Assembly (NCBI GenBank): GCA_963816395.1
Contig: CAWFKQ010000016.1
Coordinates: forward strand, 710,274 to 774,273
DNA: 64,000 nt
Source of the DNA: an uncultured delta proteobacterium
GTDB taxonomy: Bacteria; Desulfobacterota; Desulfuromonadia; Desulfuromonadales; JACZKF01
Reading direction: 5' to 3'
Both the position numbers and the translations under genes were made by a program. The notes under the pieces were generated by a model, which was not told the DNA's origin, did not search any database, and was given only the letters and a program-made list of their open reading frames with translations. Shown piece by piece: positions 42,881 through 54,041 of the stretch (position 1 is the stretch's first letter; each line of letters begins with the position of its first letter).

Positions 42881-43840
42881 ATGATGGAGTCGAAGAGCAA
42901 TGTCAGCCGCGGGGTGCTGGTCTGGCTGATCGTCGTGCTGGTGGTAATGACCGCCCTGCTGGCGATCAACACCGAGTTTCTCACCAATGTCTACCTGCGC
43001 AATCAGCTGACCGCCACCGGTTATATAATCAACGGCGGAATCCTGGCTCTTTTTCTGCTCGGCCTGGGGCGCATGGTGGTCCTGCTCCTGCGCTACATGC
43101 GGGAGGAGCGGGCACTGTACCGGTTCGCGCGCGCCCTGGCCATGGATTCACCGCTGGCGTCCATCGATCTCGACCAGAATACCCTGATCGCCCGCCGGTA
43201 TCAGGAGATCCTGACCCTCAGTGAGCACAATGCCCCGATCAATCATGCCGCCCTGGCCTCGGTTCAGGTCGCCCGGGAGAGCACCGCCATCTCCCTGCCC
43301 AAGTTCGTCAACAACATCCTCATCCTGACCGGGGTTTTCGGCACCATCGTCTCTTTGTCCATCGCCCTGGTCGGCGCTTCCGATGTCCTCGGCTCGGCAC
43401 AGCAGGGGCCGGGGAGCATGGGCATGATCATCCATGGCATGTCCACCGCCCTTTCCACCACCATCACTGCCATCGTCTGCTACCTGGTCTACGGCTATTT
43501 CTATCTCCGGCTGACGGATGTCCAGACCCATCTGCTCAGCCAGGTGGAGCAGATCACCACCTTCTACCTTATGCCCCGCTACGCCTATACCCCCGACAAC
43601 CTGATGCAGCGGATCGCCGGGTTGGTCAAGGCGCTCAGCGGTGTGGCGGAGGTAATGCGCACGGTACAGGCAGATAACATGGCCGCCAGCACCCAGCTGC
43701 ACAGCCTGATCGCGTCGTTGAACCAGCGCACGAAACCGATGTCCGATGATCTGAAGAGTATTAAACGCGTGTTGCACGAAGGTTTCCGCCTGCCCGAGAC
43801 CGAATTGGCGGAGACGGTTGAATTAACCGAGCTGTCGTGA
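42881..43840 (+). CDS. MotA/TolQ/ExbB-family proton-channel subunit
   Basis: About 4 TM segments; ILILTGVFGTIVSLSIAL and GMSTALSTTITAI match the channel-helix signatures with their conserved Thr residues. Confidence 0.85.
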   Translation: MMESKSNVSRGVLVWLIVVLVVMTALLAINTEFLTNVYLRNQLTATGYIINGGILALFLLGLGRMVVLLLRYMREERALYRFARALAMDSPLASIDLDQNTLIARRYQEILTLSEHNAPINHAALASVQVARESTAISLPKFVNNILILTGVFGTIVSLSIALVGASDVLGSAQQGPGSMGMIIHGMSTALSTTITAIVCYLVYGYFYLRLTDVQTHLLSQVEQITTFYLMPRYAYTPDNLMQRIAGLVKALSGVAEVMRTVQADNMAASTQLHSLIASLNQRTKPMSDDLKSIKRVLHEGFRLPETELAETVELTELS

Positions 43841-44781
43841 GACCCATGGACCAGGGATTCGTCGATCTGCGGCAGAACCATCGCGAGACGGGGCTCGGCC
43901 AGAGCTTCTGGCCGTCCTTTACCGACATCATGACGGTGGTGGTGATGATCTTCCTGCTCACCAGCCTCATGCTGATCGTCCGCAATTGGGAGCTGATCTC
44001 CGAACTGCGCGCCTCCCTGGAGGCCGAGGTACGGGCGAAGGCAGCATCTACCGCCGCCATGGAGAACAGTCGCGGTCTCGAATCCCGGCTCAACCAGGCA
44101 CAGCAGGACCTCATAGCGGCCCAGCTCAGCAATCAGCAATTGACGCAACAGAATGCCGTGCAGCGTGAGCAGTTGACGGCCCTCTCCCAGCAGCAGCAGG
44201 CCCTCGCCGGTGAACGGGAGCAACTCGCGGCAACCCTGGAGAGCAGCCGCCGCGAGGTGGCGCAGTTGCAGGACCAACTGGCTCGAAATCAGGAATATCG
44301 ATCACAGCTCGAGCGCGAGCTCGAGCTGCGCGGGGGCCGGTTGGAGGCGGCGGCGGCGGCGCTGGCGCAGATGCAGCAACAGCAGCAGACGAATCTTGCG
44401 GAACTGGGGGCGCTGCGCCGGGAGCGGGCGGCGGTGGGAACCCGACTGGCGGCGCTGCAGGCGGATTACAGCAGCCTGGATGCGAAATATCAGAAACTCC
44501 TGCGCCCGGCGCGCAGCGCCGAAGGAAAGCAGGTAGTGGAGGTGCGTTACTGGCGCAGCGACGGCAACCCGCAGATCCAGCTGCGCGAGCCCGGGGAAAG
44601 TGATTTCCTGAACCTCTCTGCGACGACTATGCACCAGCGCCTGACGGCACTCAAGGCGCGGTACGGCAAAGATCTGTACGTGAAGATCATTATCCCGACG
44701 GAAAGCGGCCTCTCCTACACCGAGGCCTGGGATTTCACCCGCGCCCTGCTCGACAGCTACGACTACTACTCCCAGGAATAA
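43837..44781 (+). CDS. MotB/ExbD-like single-pass partner with a long coiled coil and no OmpA domain
   Basis: FWPSFTDIMTVVVMIFLL with the conserved TM Asp; Q/E/L/A-rich heptads; small C-terminal domain; start overlaps the stop of the MotA-like gene. Confidence 0.78.
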   Translation: MRPMDQGFVDLRQNHRETGLGQSFWPSFTDIMTVVVMIFLLTSLMLIVRNWELISELRASLEAEVRAKAASTAAMENSRGLESRLNQAQQDLIAAQLSNQQLTQQNAVQREQLTALSQQQQALAGEREQLAATLESSRREVAQLQDQLARNQEYRSQLERELELRGGRLEAAAAALAQMQQQQQTNLAELGALRRERAAVGTRLAALQADYSSLDAKYQKLLRPARSAEGKQVVEVRYWRSDGNPQIQLREPGESDFLNLSATTMHQRLTALKARYGKDLYVKIIIPTESGLSYTEAWDFTRALLDSYDYYSQE

Positions 44782-44999
44782 TCCTCTCCTCTTTCTGCCC
44801 TGAAGAAAATCTTTTTAAACCCACCGAACCCCTTTTCGGCTGCAGGCACCAGGGGTTTTCTCTAAAACCACCAGCAATTATCGGCAGATGGCATTAATTT
44901 TTTCCAAAGCGGAAAAGATTGTATTGCCTGGCGATTTTAAGTTTAATAAGCCGGGTAGCACAGCGATTGTAATTCTGCCGAATGGGAGGCCCTGGCGAC

Positions 45000-46770
45000 A
45001 TGTCATTTACCGGCGATCTTGAACACCTGCCCATTGTCGATGTCATCCAGTTGCTGCATGCCACGAGGAAGTCCGGCACTCTCGATGTCAAGGGACGCCG
45101 GGGGGTGTGCCAGTTGGTATTCAGAGAGGGCTACATCGTCAGCGCCAGCCATGCCAGGAGCAATGTCCGCATCGGCCAGATCCTGGTCGAGCTTAAGGCC
45201 CTGAACAGCGAGACCCTCGAGCAGGCACTGTCAGAGCAGAAGAGTGCCGGCGAGAGCCGCAAACCGCTGGTCGCCACCCTGATCGAGGGAGGACATATCC
45301 GCAAGGAGGACGCTTTCAAAGGGCTCGAAACCCTGATTGAAATGACCGTCGTGGAAATCCTGACCTGGCCGGGGGGAACCTTTTCCCTCGAAGTGGACCA
45401 AATTACCGTCGCCGACGAATACCGGTATCTGCCGGAAAAATTGAACCAGGATTTCAACGTCAATACCCAGAATGTATTGATGGATGCCCTGCGCATCTAC
45501 GATGAGAAGAAAAGGGATGGCGAACTGGAAGACGATTTCCCGGAGGAGGAGGGATTTGCCGAACCGCTGACTGCAGCGGCGGCAGCGAGAGCGAGTCTTT
45601 CCGCCGCAGACCTGGGGCTGGACGATCTGGATTCGCTGGAAAAACGGATTCCCGGAGTTTTTTCCGGCCTGGCCGCCGTCCCGGTCGATATCCATCAGCA
45701 GAAGGTGAAGGAAATCGCCCCCGGTCTCTCTGCAGCCGCCCAGGAGGATCTGGGCGCTTTTCTGCAGCGGTCTGCCGGACCCGCCGGCGCTGAGCCAACG
45801 GCCCGGGCCGCTGCCGCCAACCCGCCGGTCATTCTGTTCAGCCAGGATGAACTGCTCAGGTACGCGCTCTCGACGGTCTTCAAGCCTGCCGGGATTCTGG
45901 TTTTCGCCACCAACGATGAGCGCGACCTCGGTCCGATTATCGAACAGTCCCTGGCGAAAAATACCGTTCCCTTTCTCATTTTCGATCGCCCGGAGGTGAG
46001 CGCCGCAAGTCCTTCCGAAGAAACACTGATCGAGCTGCGGCGACAGAAAAAGACCAGGTATCCGCACCTGCCGGTGATCCAGCTGGCTTCGCCGCGCGAT
46101 TACAGTTTCTCCCTGCAATCGTTTAAGGAGGGAGTCCGGACCGTCTTCCCCAGGCCCCTGCAGGAGGAGCGGCAGGAGACCTTCGTTGCCGATCTGGTGG
46201 AATTTCTGGAGAGCTTCCGCTCCTACCTGCTGGCCTGCGCCGGCGAGCAGGAGAACTGGGTGGGCGGGCTGCGCAGCGGGCTGGCCGGTTTTCGCGATCT
46301 GCGGGAAGCCCCGGAGGCGGCGCGCATTCTCCTGCAGTTCACTGCCCAGATTTTCCCGCGGTCGCTGACCCTGGTCGTCGGGTCGGACGAGCTCATTGCG
46401 GAAGAGGCGGTCGGGATCGAGTCGGTCCCGGAGGGGGCGGCGGAAACCGCCGTGGACATTCAGCATTCCGCTGTCGCCGCAGTCGGTTTTCAGCCAGGTG
46501 ATCGAGGAGGGGCGTCTGTTCTACGGCCAGAGCCGGGATCCGATATTGAGCGATCATCTTTTCGCCGCCATCGGCGCACCCCAGCGCTCCACCATTCTCC
46601 TGCTGCCGTTGAAGAGCAGCGGCAGGACAGTTTCCCTCACCTATGCCGATTTCGGGTCGCACGAGGTTTCACCCGTCCAGCTCGATCTGCTGGAAATCAT
46701 GGCCGGGCAGGCGGGATTGATCGTGGAGAATTCCTTCTATCGTGAAAAGCTCGAAAGAGTAAATCAATGA
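45000..46770 (+). CDS. DUF4388 (PatA_N-like) signalling protein with pseudo-receiver and GAF-like regions; frameshift near 46450
   Basis: MSFTGDLEHLPIVDVIQLLHATRKSGTL, RIGQILV, TQNVLMDALRIYDE; C-terminal LLPLKSSGRTVSLTYADFG. Confidence 0.82.
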
Positions 46771-46816
46771 GAATGAGCCTCTCGGGGCTTTCTGATTTCA
46801 ATAAGGGAGTGCTGCC

Positions 46817-47887
46817 ATGGATATGAAAATTTTGCACCAGATTCTGGAGATCGCTTTTGAAAAACGGGTATCCGACGTCCATTTCGAAGTGGAGAACCCG
46901 CCTTTTTTCCGGGCCAGGGGACAGCTGATCCGTTCCAAACTGCCGGTCCTCAAGCCCGCTGACACCGAATTCATCGCCGCCAGCATTCTGGAGCAGGGAA
47001 ACCGCAAGCTGACCGACGACCTCAGGGAACTCGATGCCTCCTATGCCCTGCCGAACGGCGGACGTTTCCGGGTCAGCATCTTCCGGCAGCGTGGCAATTT
47101 CGGCATCATCATGCGGGTCATTCCCCCCCGCGTCGGCACTTTCAAGGAGTTGAACCTGCCGCCGGTGCTGGGAGAAATCGCCAAGGCACCGAACGGCCTC
47201 ATCCTGGTCACCGGCCCCACCGGCAATGGCAAATCCACAACTCTGGCCTCCATGCTCCGCTTTCTCAATGAAAACTTCAGCTACAACATCATCACGATCG
47301 AGGACCCGATCGAATTCCTCTTCACTTCCAATCGGAGCTGCATCATTCAGCGGGAAGTCGGGATCGACACCGAAGGGTTCGGCGCCGCCCTGAAGGCGGC
47401 CCTGCGCATGGACCCCGATGTCATCATGGTCGGCGAGATGCGTGATCTGGAAACGATCGACGCCTGCATCAAGGCGGCCGAGACCGGCCACCTGGTGTTT
47501 TCCACCCTCCATACCCAAAGCGCCGCCAGCACCATCAACCGCCTGGTCGGCAATTTTCCACCCGACACCCAGGAGGTGATCCGCCAGCGGCTGGCAGATA
47601 TCCTCGTCGCCACCGTTTCCCTGCGGCTGATCAAGGACCGGAGCGGGGAAAACATCATCCCGGTGATCGAAGTCATGCGCTCGACGACCACTATCCAGGC
47701 CTGCATCCGCGAGGGGCGCCTCAACGAGATCGAGAAACACATCGAAAACGGCCGGGCCCAGTATCACATGCAGAGTCTGGATCAGCACCTGGTCGAGCTG
47801 TGCCAGCGGAAGATCATCGATTTCGAAGAAGCCAAACGCCTCACCAGGTCCATGGACCTCGAGCGCAAGCTGACTTTCACCAGCTGA
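46817..47887 (+). CDS. pilT: PilT/PilU-family type IV pilus retraction ATPase paralog
   Basis: SDVHF, GRFRVSIFRQRG, TGPTGNGKSTT, TIEDPIE, QREVG, ALRMDPDVIMVGEMRD, STLHT. Confidence 0.92.
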   Translation: MDMKILHQILEIAFEKRVSDVHFEVENPPFFRARGQLIRSKLPVLKPADTEFIAASILEQGNRKLTDDLRELDASYALPNGGRFRVSIFRQRGNFGIIMRVIPPRVGTFKELNLPPVLGEIAKAPNGLILVTGPTGNGKSTTLASMLRFLNENFSYNIITIEDPIEFLFTSNRSCIIQREVGIDTEGFGAALKAALRMDPDVIMVGEMRDLETIDACIKAAETGHLVFSTLHTQSAASTINRLVGNFPPDTQEVIRQRLADILVATVSLRLIKDRSGENIIPVIEVMRSTTTIQACIREGRLNEIEKHIENGRAQYHMQSLDQHLVELCQRKIIDFEEAKRLTRSMDLERKLTFTS

Positions 47888-47914
47888 TTTCGGCTAATCC
47901 AGACTTGTTTTTCC

Positions 47915-47942
47915 AGGGCGGCCGGTTGGCCGCCCTTCTTTT
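47915..47942 (+). terminator. Intrinsic terminator after pilT
   Basis: AGGGCGGCC-GGTT-GGCCGCCCT followed by TCTTTT. Confidence 0.75.
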
Positions 47943-47952
47943 GCGCGGGAGG

Positions 47953-48978
47953 CTAGGGTATTTGGAGGGGAGGCTCATTCAGCGCCGCGATCTGTTCGCG
48001 GATTTCCAGGATATGTTCCCCCCAGTAGCGGGTGGTATTGAACCAGGAAAAATGGCGGGGAAAGGTGGGGTCTCCCCAGCGCCGGCCCAGCCACGCCGAG
48101 AAGTGCAGGATGCGCAGAGAGCGCAGGGCCTCCACCAGGCGCAGCTCGCGGGGGTGGAAATCGAAGAACTCGCAGTAACCCTCCAGGATCTCGCCGAGTT
48201 GGACGCTCTGCCGGGAGTGTTCGCCGGAAAGCATCATCCACAGGTCCTGCACCGCCGGGGCCATCCGGGCGTCATCGAAATCGACCAGGTGCGGGGCGTT
48301 CTCCCGCCAGAGGATGTTGCCGACGTGGAAATCGCCATGGGTACGGATGCAGGGGGGATTCACCTCTTCCATAATAACGGCGACCGCCTGCAGCAGGTCA
48401 GTGGTCAGTGCTGAGTAGTTTGCTTTGTATTCCGGGGGTATGAACCGCTCCCGGATGAGCTCGACGCTCTCGTAGCCGAAGCTGCGCACGTCCAGGCGGG
48501 GGCGGTGCGCGAAGGGGCGGGTGGCGCCGATACGGTGGATGCGCCCCAGCAGCCGCCCGAGGATCAGCAGGTTCCCCAGGTCGTCCAACTCCGGGGCGTG
48601 CCCCCCCTTGCGCGGATAGAGGGCGAAACGGAAGTCGGCGAATCGGAAGAGGCTCTCGCCGCTCTCATCGGTAAGGGGGGCGACCACGGGCAGCTCGTGC
48701 GCCGCCAGTTCCAGGCAGAAACGGTGCTCCTCCCTGATCTGGGCGTCGCTCCAGCGTCCGGGGCGGTAAAACTTGGCAATGAGGGGTTGGCCCTCCTCGA
48801 TGCCCACCTGGTAAACCCGGTTTTCATAGCTGTTCAGGGCCAGGGTGCGGCAGTCGCAGACGAATCCACGGCTTTCGACGGCATCCATGATGAAACCGGG
48901 GGTGAGGAATTGAAAGGGATGCTGGGTATCCATCATCGGGGCAACATCTCGGGCATGGGGAAACGATTCAGACGCCAT
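47953..48978 (-). CDS. srkA: Stress response Ser/Thr kinase (SrkA/RdoA)
   Basis: ALNSYENRVYQ, KFYRPGRWS, HGDFHVGNIL, VDFDD, PAVQDLWM. The start may instead be 48936. Confidence 0.93.
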   Translation of the reverse strand: MASESFPHARDVAPMMDTQHPFQFLTPGFIMDAVESRGFVCDCRTLALNSYENRVYQVGIEEGQPLIAKFYRPGRWSDAQIREEHRFCLELAAHELPVVAPLTDESGESLFRFADFRFALYPRKGGHAPELDDLGNLLILGRLLGRIHRIGATRPFAHRPRLDVRSFGYESVELIRERFIPPEYKANYSALTTDLLQAVAVIMEEVNPPCIRTHGDFHVGNILWRENAPHLVDFDDARMAPAVQDLWMMLSGEHSRQSVQLGEILEGYCEFFDFHPRELRLVEALRSLRILHFSAWLGRRWGDPTFPRHFSWFNTTRYWGEHILEIREQIAALNEPPLQIP

Positions 48979-49107
48979 GACCTGACCCTAACATAATCGT
49001 TGTCTCAGGTCCAAGGCAAAGCGGGTGCTGTGCTGCGGCAGCCGGTCTGCCTGAATTAGTGTCCACCCGGAAAGTCCGGATGGATACTGGCGCGTTTCCG
49101 CAGAAAC

Positions 49108-49220
49108 CAATAGAAAGCCGGCCTGGGGAGGAGTGTCCCGGCCGGCTTCCGTTTTTTCCGAACTATGGAGGAGAAAAATGGAGAAAGAACTTCGGTCTGC
49201 CTGACAACAGACCTTAGTTG
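49108..49220 (-). ncRNA. Candidate sRNA, copy A (hairpin, CU-rich region, terminator with CUCCUCCCC)
   Basis: TATATT at 49227-49232; hairpin GGTCTG..CAGACC; TTCTTTCTCCATTTTTCTCCTCC; stem AAGCCGGCC..ACTCCTCCCC..GGCCGGCTT plus U-rich tail; paralog at 52582-52694. Confidence 0.5.
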
Positions 49221-49348
49221 GTCATGAATATAGAACCTTGATGCAAGCGCCGCCATGTGCGGTCGCGTAAAAAAAACAGGAGGATGAGCGATGGGAGACT
49301 GTGCATTTAAACAGTCGGGCGAGAGAAGGCAAAGGCTGCGGCGGATGC

Positions 49349-50577
49349 TCATTCATACCGCAGAGCGTCGATCGGATTGAGACCGGCGGCTTTGCGGGCC
49401 GGATAGAAGCCGAAAAAGATGCCGACGGCGGCGGAGAAGCCGACGGCGACCAGAATCGATTCCGGGGCAATCAGGGTCGGCCAGCCGAGGATGCGGGAAA
49501 CGACGGCGGCGGCCACGACACCGAACAGCATGCCCAGAAATCCCCCCAGAATGGTGAGTAACAGGGCTTCGGTAAGAAACTGCAGCAGGATGTCGCGGCG
49601 GCGGGCGCCGATCGCCAGGCGGATACCGATCTCGCGGGTGCGCTCGGTAACCGAGACGAGCATGATGTTCATGATGCCGATCCCCCCCACCAGCAGGGAG
49701 ATGGAAGCCACCGAGCCGAGCAGCAGCGACATGGTGCGTGAGGACTGTTCGGAAACCGAGAGCAGCTCGGAGAGATTGCGGATCGTGAAGTCGCGTTCCC
49801 GGCCGCCGCCGATGCGGTGGCGCTGATCGAGCAGAGCGGTGACTTCCTCCTGCGCCGCCGCCAGCTCCAAAACGTCGGCGGCCTTGACCAGGATCGCATT
49901 GACGCTGTCCGGAGTGCGGCCGCCGAACAGTCGGCGCTGGGCGGTGCGGACGGGGATGAGGATGACGTCATCCTGATCGGAGCCCTGCGGTGACTGCCCC
50001 TTGCGGCCGAGCAGGCCGATGACGGTGAAGGGAACTTGTTTGATGCGAATGATGCGTCCCACCGGGTCCTCGGCGCCGAAGAGATTCTCTGCCACCGTCT
50101 GGCCGAGGAGGGCGGTACGGGCGGTGCCGTCGACGTCCGCCTGGGTCATGGGCCGCCCGGTGACAACCGTCCATTCCCGGATCCCCAGGTATTCCGGGGT
50201 CGTCCCCTGGATGACGGTGGACCAGTTGAGATTGCCGTAAACCACCGGGGCGCTGCCGCGCAGCGTCGGCGCCGCCAGCGCCACGGAGGGACATTCGCTG
50301 CGGATGGCGCGCACATCGCTCATGGTCAGGGAGGGGGCCGAGCCGGACCCGGCGCGCAGGCCGCCGCTGGTGGTGGAGCCCGGGAGGATGAGCAGGAGAT
50401 TGCTGCCGATGCTGGCGATCTTCTCCGAGATGACCTTGCGCGCCCCGGAGCCGATGGCGATCATGGCGATCACCGCGGCGATGCCGAAGATGATGCCGAG
50501 CATGGTCAGAAACGAGCGCATCTTGTTGACCTGCAAGGCGCGCAGGGCGATCTTGATCGACATCCACAGCTCGATCA

Positions 50578-50581
<4 letters not shown>
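49349..50581 (-). CDS. MacB-type ABC transporter permease
   Basis: NKMRSFLTMLGIIFGIAAVI, ISLLVGGIGIMNIMLVSVTERTREIGIR, FGFYPARKAA..PIDALRYE. Confidence 0.95.
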
Positions 50582-51270
<689 letters not shown>

Positions 51271-51272
51271 TG

Positions 51273-52453
51273 TCAGAACCGCGGCCCTCTGGAATTCGCC
51301 GGTCCCGATCGGGCTTCGCGATCGCTTCTCGCCGGTAATCACCCGGTCCCCTTCCCGCAACTCCCCCGCGAGCAGTTCGATAGAACTGCCGTCACTGATT
51401 CCGGTAGTAACGGGGACCGCTTCCGGCCGGTGGTCGGGGCCGACACGGAAGACCTCCTTCCGGGGCGAACTCTGCCGGCGCGGCGCGGAGGTTTCGGATT
51501 CCCCTGAACTCCGAGGATGGTAGCGCAGGGCGGCGGCGGGCAGGCGCAGGGCCTGGTTGCGGCGCTCGACCTCGATCGAAACATTGGCGGTCATGCCCGG
51601 GAAAAAGCTTTTTCTCCGGGTTGGCGACGGTGACCACAACGTTGTAGGTGACCACGTTCTGATTAATCACCGGTGCCAGGCGCACCTGGGTTACCCGGCC
51701 GCGGAAGGTTTCTCCCGGCCAGGCATCGACGGTGAAGGTGGCGGTCAGACCGACCCGCACCCGGCCGATATCAGCCTCGTCGACACTGGTTTCGATCTGC
51801 ATCCGGGTCAGGTCCTCGGCGATGGTGAACAGGGTCGGGGTCTGGAAGGAAGCGGCCACCGTCTGCCCGACGTCGACATTGCGGTTGATGACCACCCCGT
51901 CCACCGGCGAGCGGATCACCGCATGCTGCAGATTGGTGCGCGCCTGCTGCAGGGAGCCGCGGGTCTGCACCACCGAAGCCTCGGCGGCGCGCTCGGCGGC
52001 CTGGGCAGCGAGATAGGTCGTTTCGGCGGTATCGAATTCGCTGCGGGAGACGAAGCCTCTGGCGACCAGATCGCTGAAACGCTGCAGGTTGCGGGCGGCA
52101 TCCCGGGTGGCGACGCGGGCCTTCTCCAGATTGGCGCGGGAGCTCAGGTGGTTCCCCTCGGCCTGCTCCAGCTGCGCCTGGAAGAGAGCCGGGTCGATCT
52201 CGGCGATGATCTGGTTGCGGGTGACCGGGGTGTTGAAATCGGCTTGAAGCCGGTAAATGGTACCCGAAACCTGCGTCCCCACCTGTACCATGCTCACCGC
52301 ATTGAGAGTACCGGTGGCGGCGACGGCCGAAACGATGAGACCGCGGTCGACTGCGGCCGTGCGGTAGGAAGTCTCCGGCGAACGGTTGCGTAGCTGGAGC
52401 GCCAAACCGGCAAGGACAACGATGGGGATCAGGATCAGGAGAAATTTTTTCAT
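51273..52453 (-). CDS. MacA-type periplasmic adaptor (membrane fusion protein), frameshifted near 51605 and 51300
   Basis: VQVGTQVSG, IRSPVDGVVI..VGQTVAASFQTPTLF, VDEADIG, PGMTANV. Confidence 0.92.
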
Positions 52454-52581
52454 CGAACACTGGAGGTCGGAGGGGTGAATTATGAAATGTGATGATACCA
52501 CTTTCCCTTTTCTTCGAGTCAAGAAAATATGAGAGCGATTTTATGCGGGTGGAAGGGCGCCGGATCCGGCCCGGCTGCAAA

Positions 52582-52694
52582 GACGGAAAAGCCGGTTTCG
52601 GGGAGGAGGTTTCCCGAACCGGCTTTCGCCGCAAAACAAGGGAGAAAAAAAGGAAGAAGAATCGCCGGCCCGGCTGCCACCCCAAGCCTTTGAT
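52582..52694 (-). ncRNA. Candidate sRNA, copy B (or leader of the MacAB-type operon)
   Basis: TATAGT at 52701-52706; hairpin GGCTTGG..CCGGGCC; TTCTTCTTCCTTTTTTTCTCCC; stem AAAGCCGGTTCGGG-AAACCTCCTC-CCCGAAACCGGCTTT plus U-rich tail. Confidence 0.5.
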
Positions 52695-52871
52695 GGTGCA
52701 ACTATAGCCGCCTCTTCAGTGGTGCACCACGTGCTGATCCGTAAAAAACGGGTGAAGAATGGACGGATAGGTAATGTGCATTCGTACAGTTCCTGCAAAT
52801 TTTCCAGGCGCCTTTATACTTGAGGGGATAAGGAGAGGGAGAGGACTCCACCCCGGCAGCCTGGAGGAGAT

Positions 52872-54032
52872 ATGGAACAGTCTGCAGCAGAGGCGGTCGC
52901 CCGCGAACTGATGATGGAGTTCGCCGCCATGACCGGGCTTGCCCCGGTCGGGGAGAAGCCCCGTCGCTACCTGTGGACCGATGCCTTTGCGGTCTGCAAC
53001 TTCCTGGGGTTTTTCCGTCGGAGCGGGGATGACGAGTGCCGCCAGTTGGCTCTGACTCTCGTCCGCCAGGTTCATGAGGTGCTCGGCCGGCACCGTGAAG
53101 ACGATTCGCGAAGCGGCTGGATCAGCGGCCTCGATGAGGAAGCCGGCTGCCAGCACCCGACCCGCGGCGGCCTGCGCATCGGCAAGAGCCTGAATGAGCG
53201 TGGCCCCGCCGAGCCGTTCGACGAGCGCCAGGAATGGGACCGCGACGGGCAATATTATCATTATCTGACCAAATGGATGCATGCTCTTGACAGCGTCGCC
53301 CGGGTCGCCGGTGATACGGCCTGTCTGCACTGGGCGATGGAACTGGCGAAAACGGCGCATGCCGCCTTCACCTACCCCGCGCCTTCCGGCGACCGGAAGC
53401 GGATGTGCTGGAAGATGAGCATCGATCTGTCGCGGCCCCTCGTCCCCTCCATGGGTCAGCACGACCCCCTTGACGGTCTGGTCACCTGCTATCAGCTGCA
53501 GGCGACCGCTGGCAGGGAGCTTCCCCATTCGCCTCCCGACCTGAGCACCGAAATCGCCGAACTGGCCGAGATCTGCCGGGGAATGAGCTGGGCCACCGAC
53601 GACCCCCTCGGCACCGGCGGTCTGCTGTTCGATGCCTGCCGGCTGGTGCAGTTGATGAACCGGGGGGCTTGCGGAGAAACCGTCCTGCTGGAGAGCGTTC
53701 TCGATGCCGCCCTGCTCGGCCTGGAAGCCTTCTCGACCAGGAAACCTTTCCGGCTTCCTGCTGCCTACCGGTTGGCCTTCCGGGAACTGGGACTGTCGAT
53801 CGGCCTGAAGGCGGTTGATCTGTTGCGGGTCCTGCCGGAGGCAAACTCCGACCTGCGGTTTCTTCGGAAGCGGATTGAACCATTGCTCCGATATCTGCCG
53901 CTCAGGGAGCAGATTGAGACCTTCTGGATGGAGGAAGACAACAGGAGGAGCGAAAGCTGGACGGCGCACCGGGAAATCAATACGGTGATGCTGGCCACCA
54001 GCCTGGCGCCGGGGGGGTATCTGGAGTTCTGA
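52872..54032 (+). CDS. Conserved hypothetical protein, possibly an (alpha/alpha)6 glycosidase-like fold
   Basis: Intact 386-aa ORF with GGAGGAG SD; PRRYLWTDAFAVCNF, DGQYYHYLTKWMHAL, YRLAFRELGLSIG. The fold call is a guess. Confidence 0.7.
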   Translation: MEQSAAEAVARELMMEFAAMTGLAPVGEKPRRYLWTDAFAVCNFLGFFRRSGDDECRQLALTLVRQVHEVLGRHREDDSRSGWISGLDEEAGCQHPTRGGLRIGKSLNERGPAEPFDERQEWDRDGQYYHYLTKWMHALDSVARVAGDTACLHWAMELAKTAHAAFTYPAPSGDRKRMCWKMSIDLSRPLVPSMGQHDPLDGLVTCYQLQATAGRELPHSPPDLSTEIAELAEICRGMSWATDDPLGTGGLLFDACRLVQLMNRGACGETVLLESVLDAALLGLEAFSTRKPFRLPAAYRLAFRELGLSIGLKAVDLLRVLPEANSDLRFLRKRIEPLLRYLPLREQIETFWMEEDNRRSESWTAHREINTVMLATSLAPGGYLEF

Positions 54033-54041
54033 CGGCCGTCC

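Noticed and set aside
42881..44781. Zorya (zorAB) or flagellar motAB
   Set aside because: No long ZorA tail, no OmpA domain in the B subunit, and no zorC/D/E or flagellar genes adjacent. Kept as an unclassified stator-like pair.
49003..49055. Cyclic dinucleotide (GEMM-I) riboswitch
   Set aside because: CAGGTCCAAGG...GCGGCAGCCGGTCTGCC resembles the 3' half only; the GAAA-tetraloop stem and a downstream plus-strand gene are missing.
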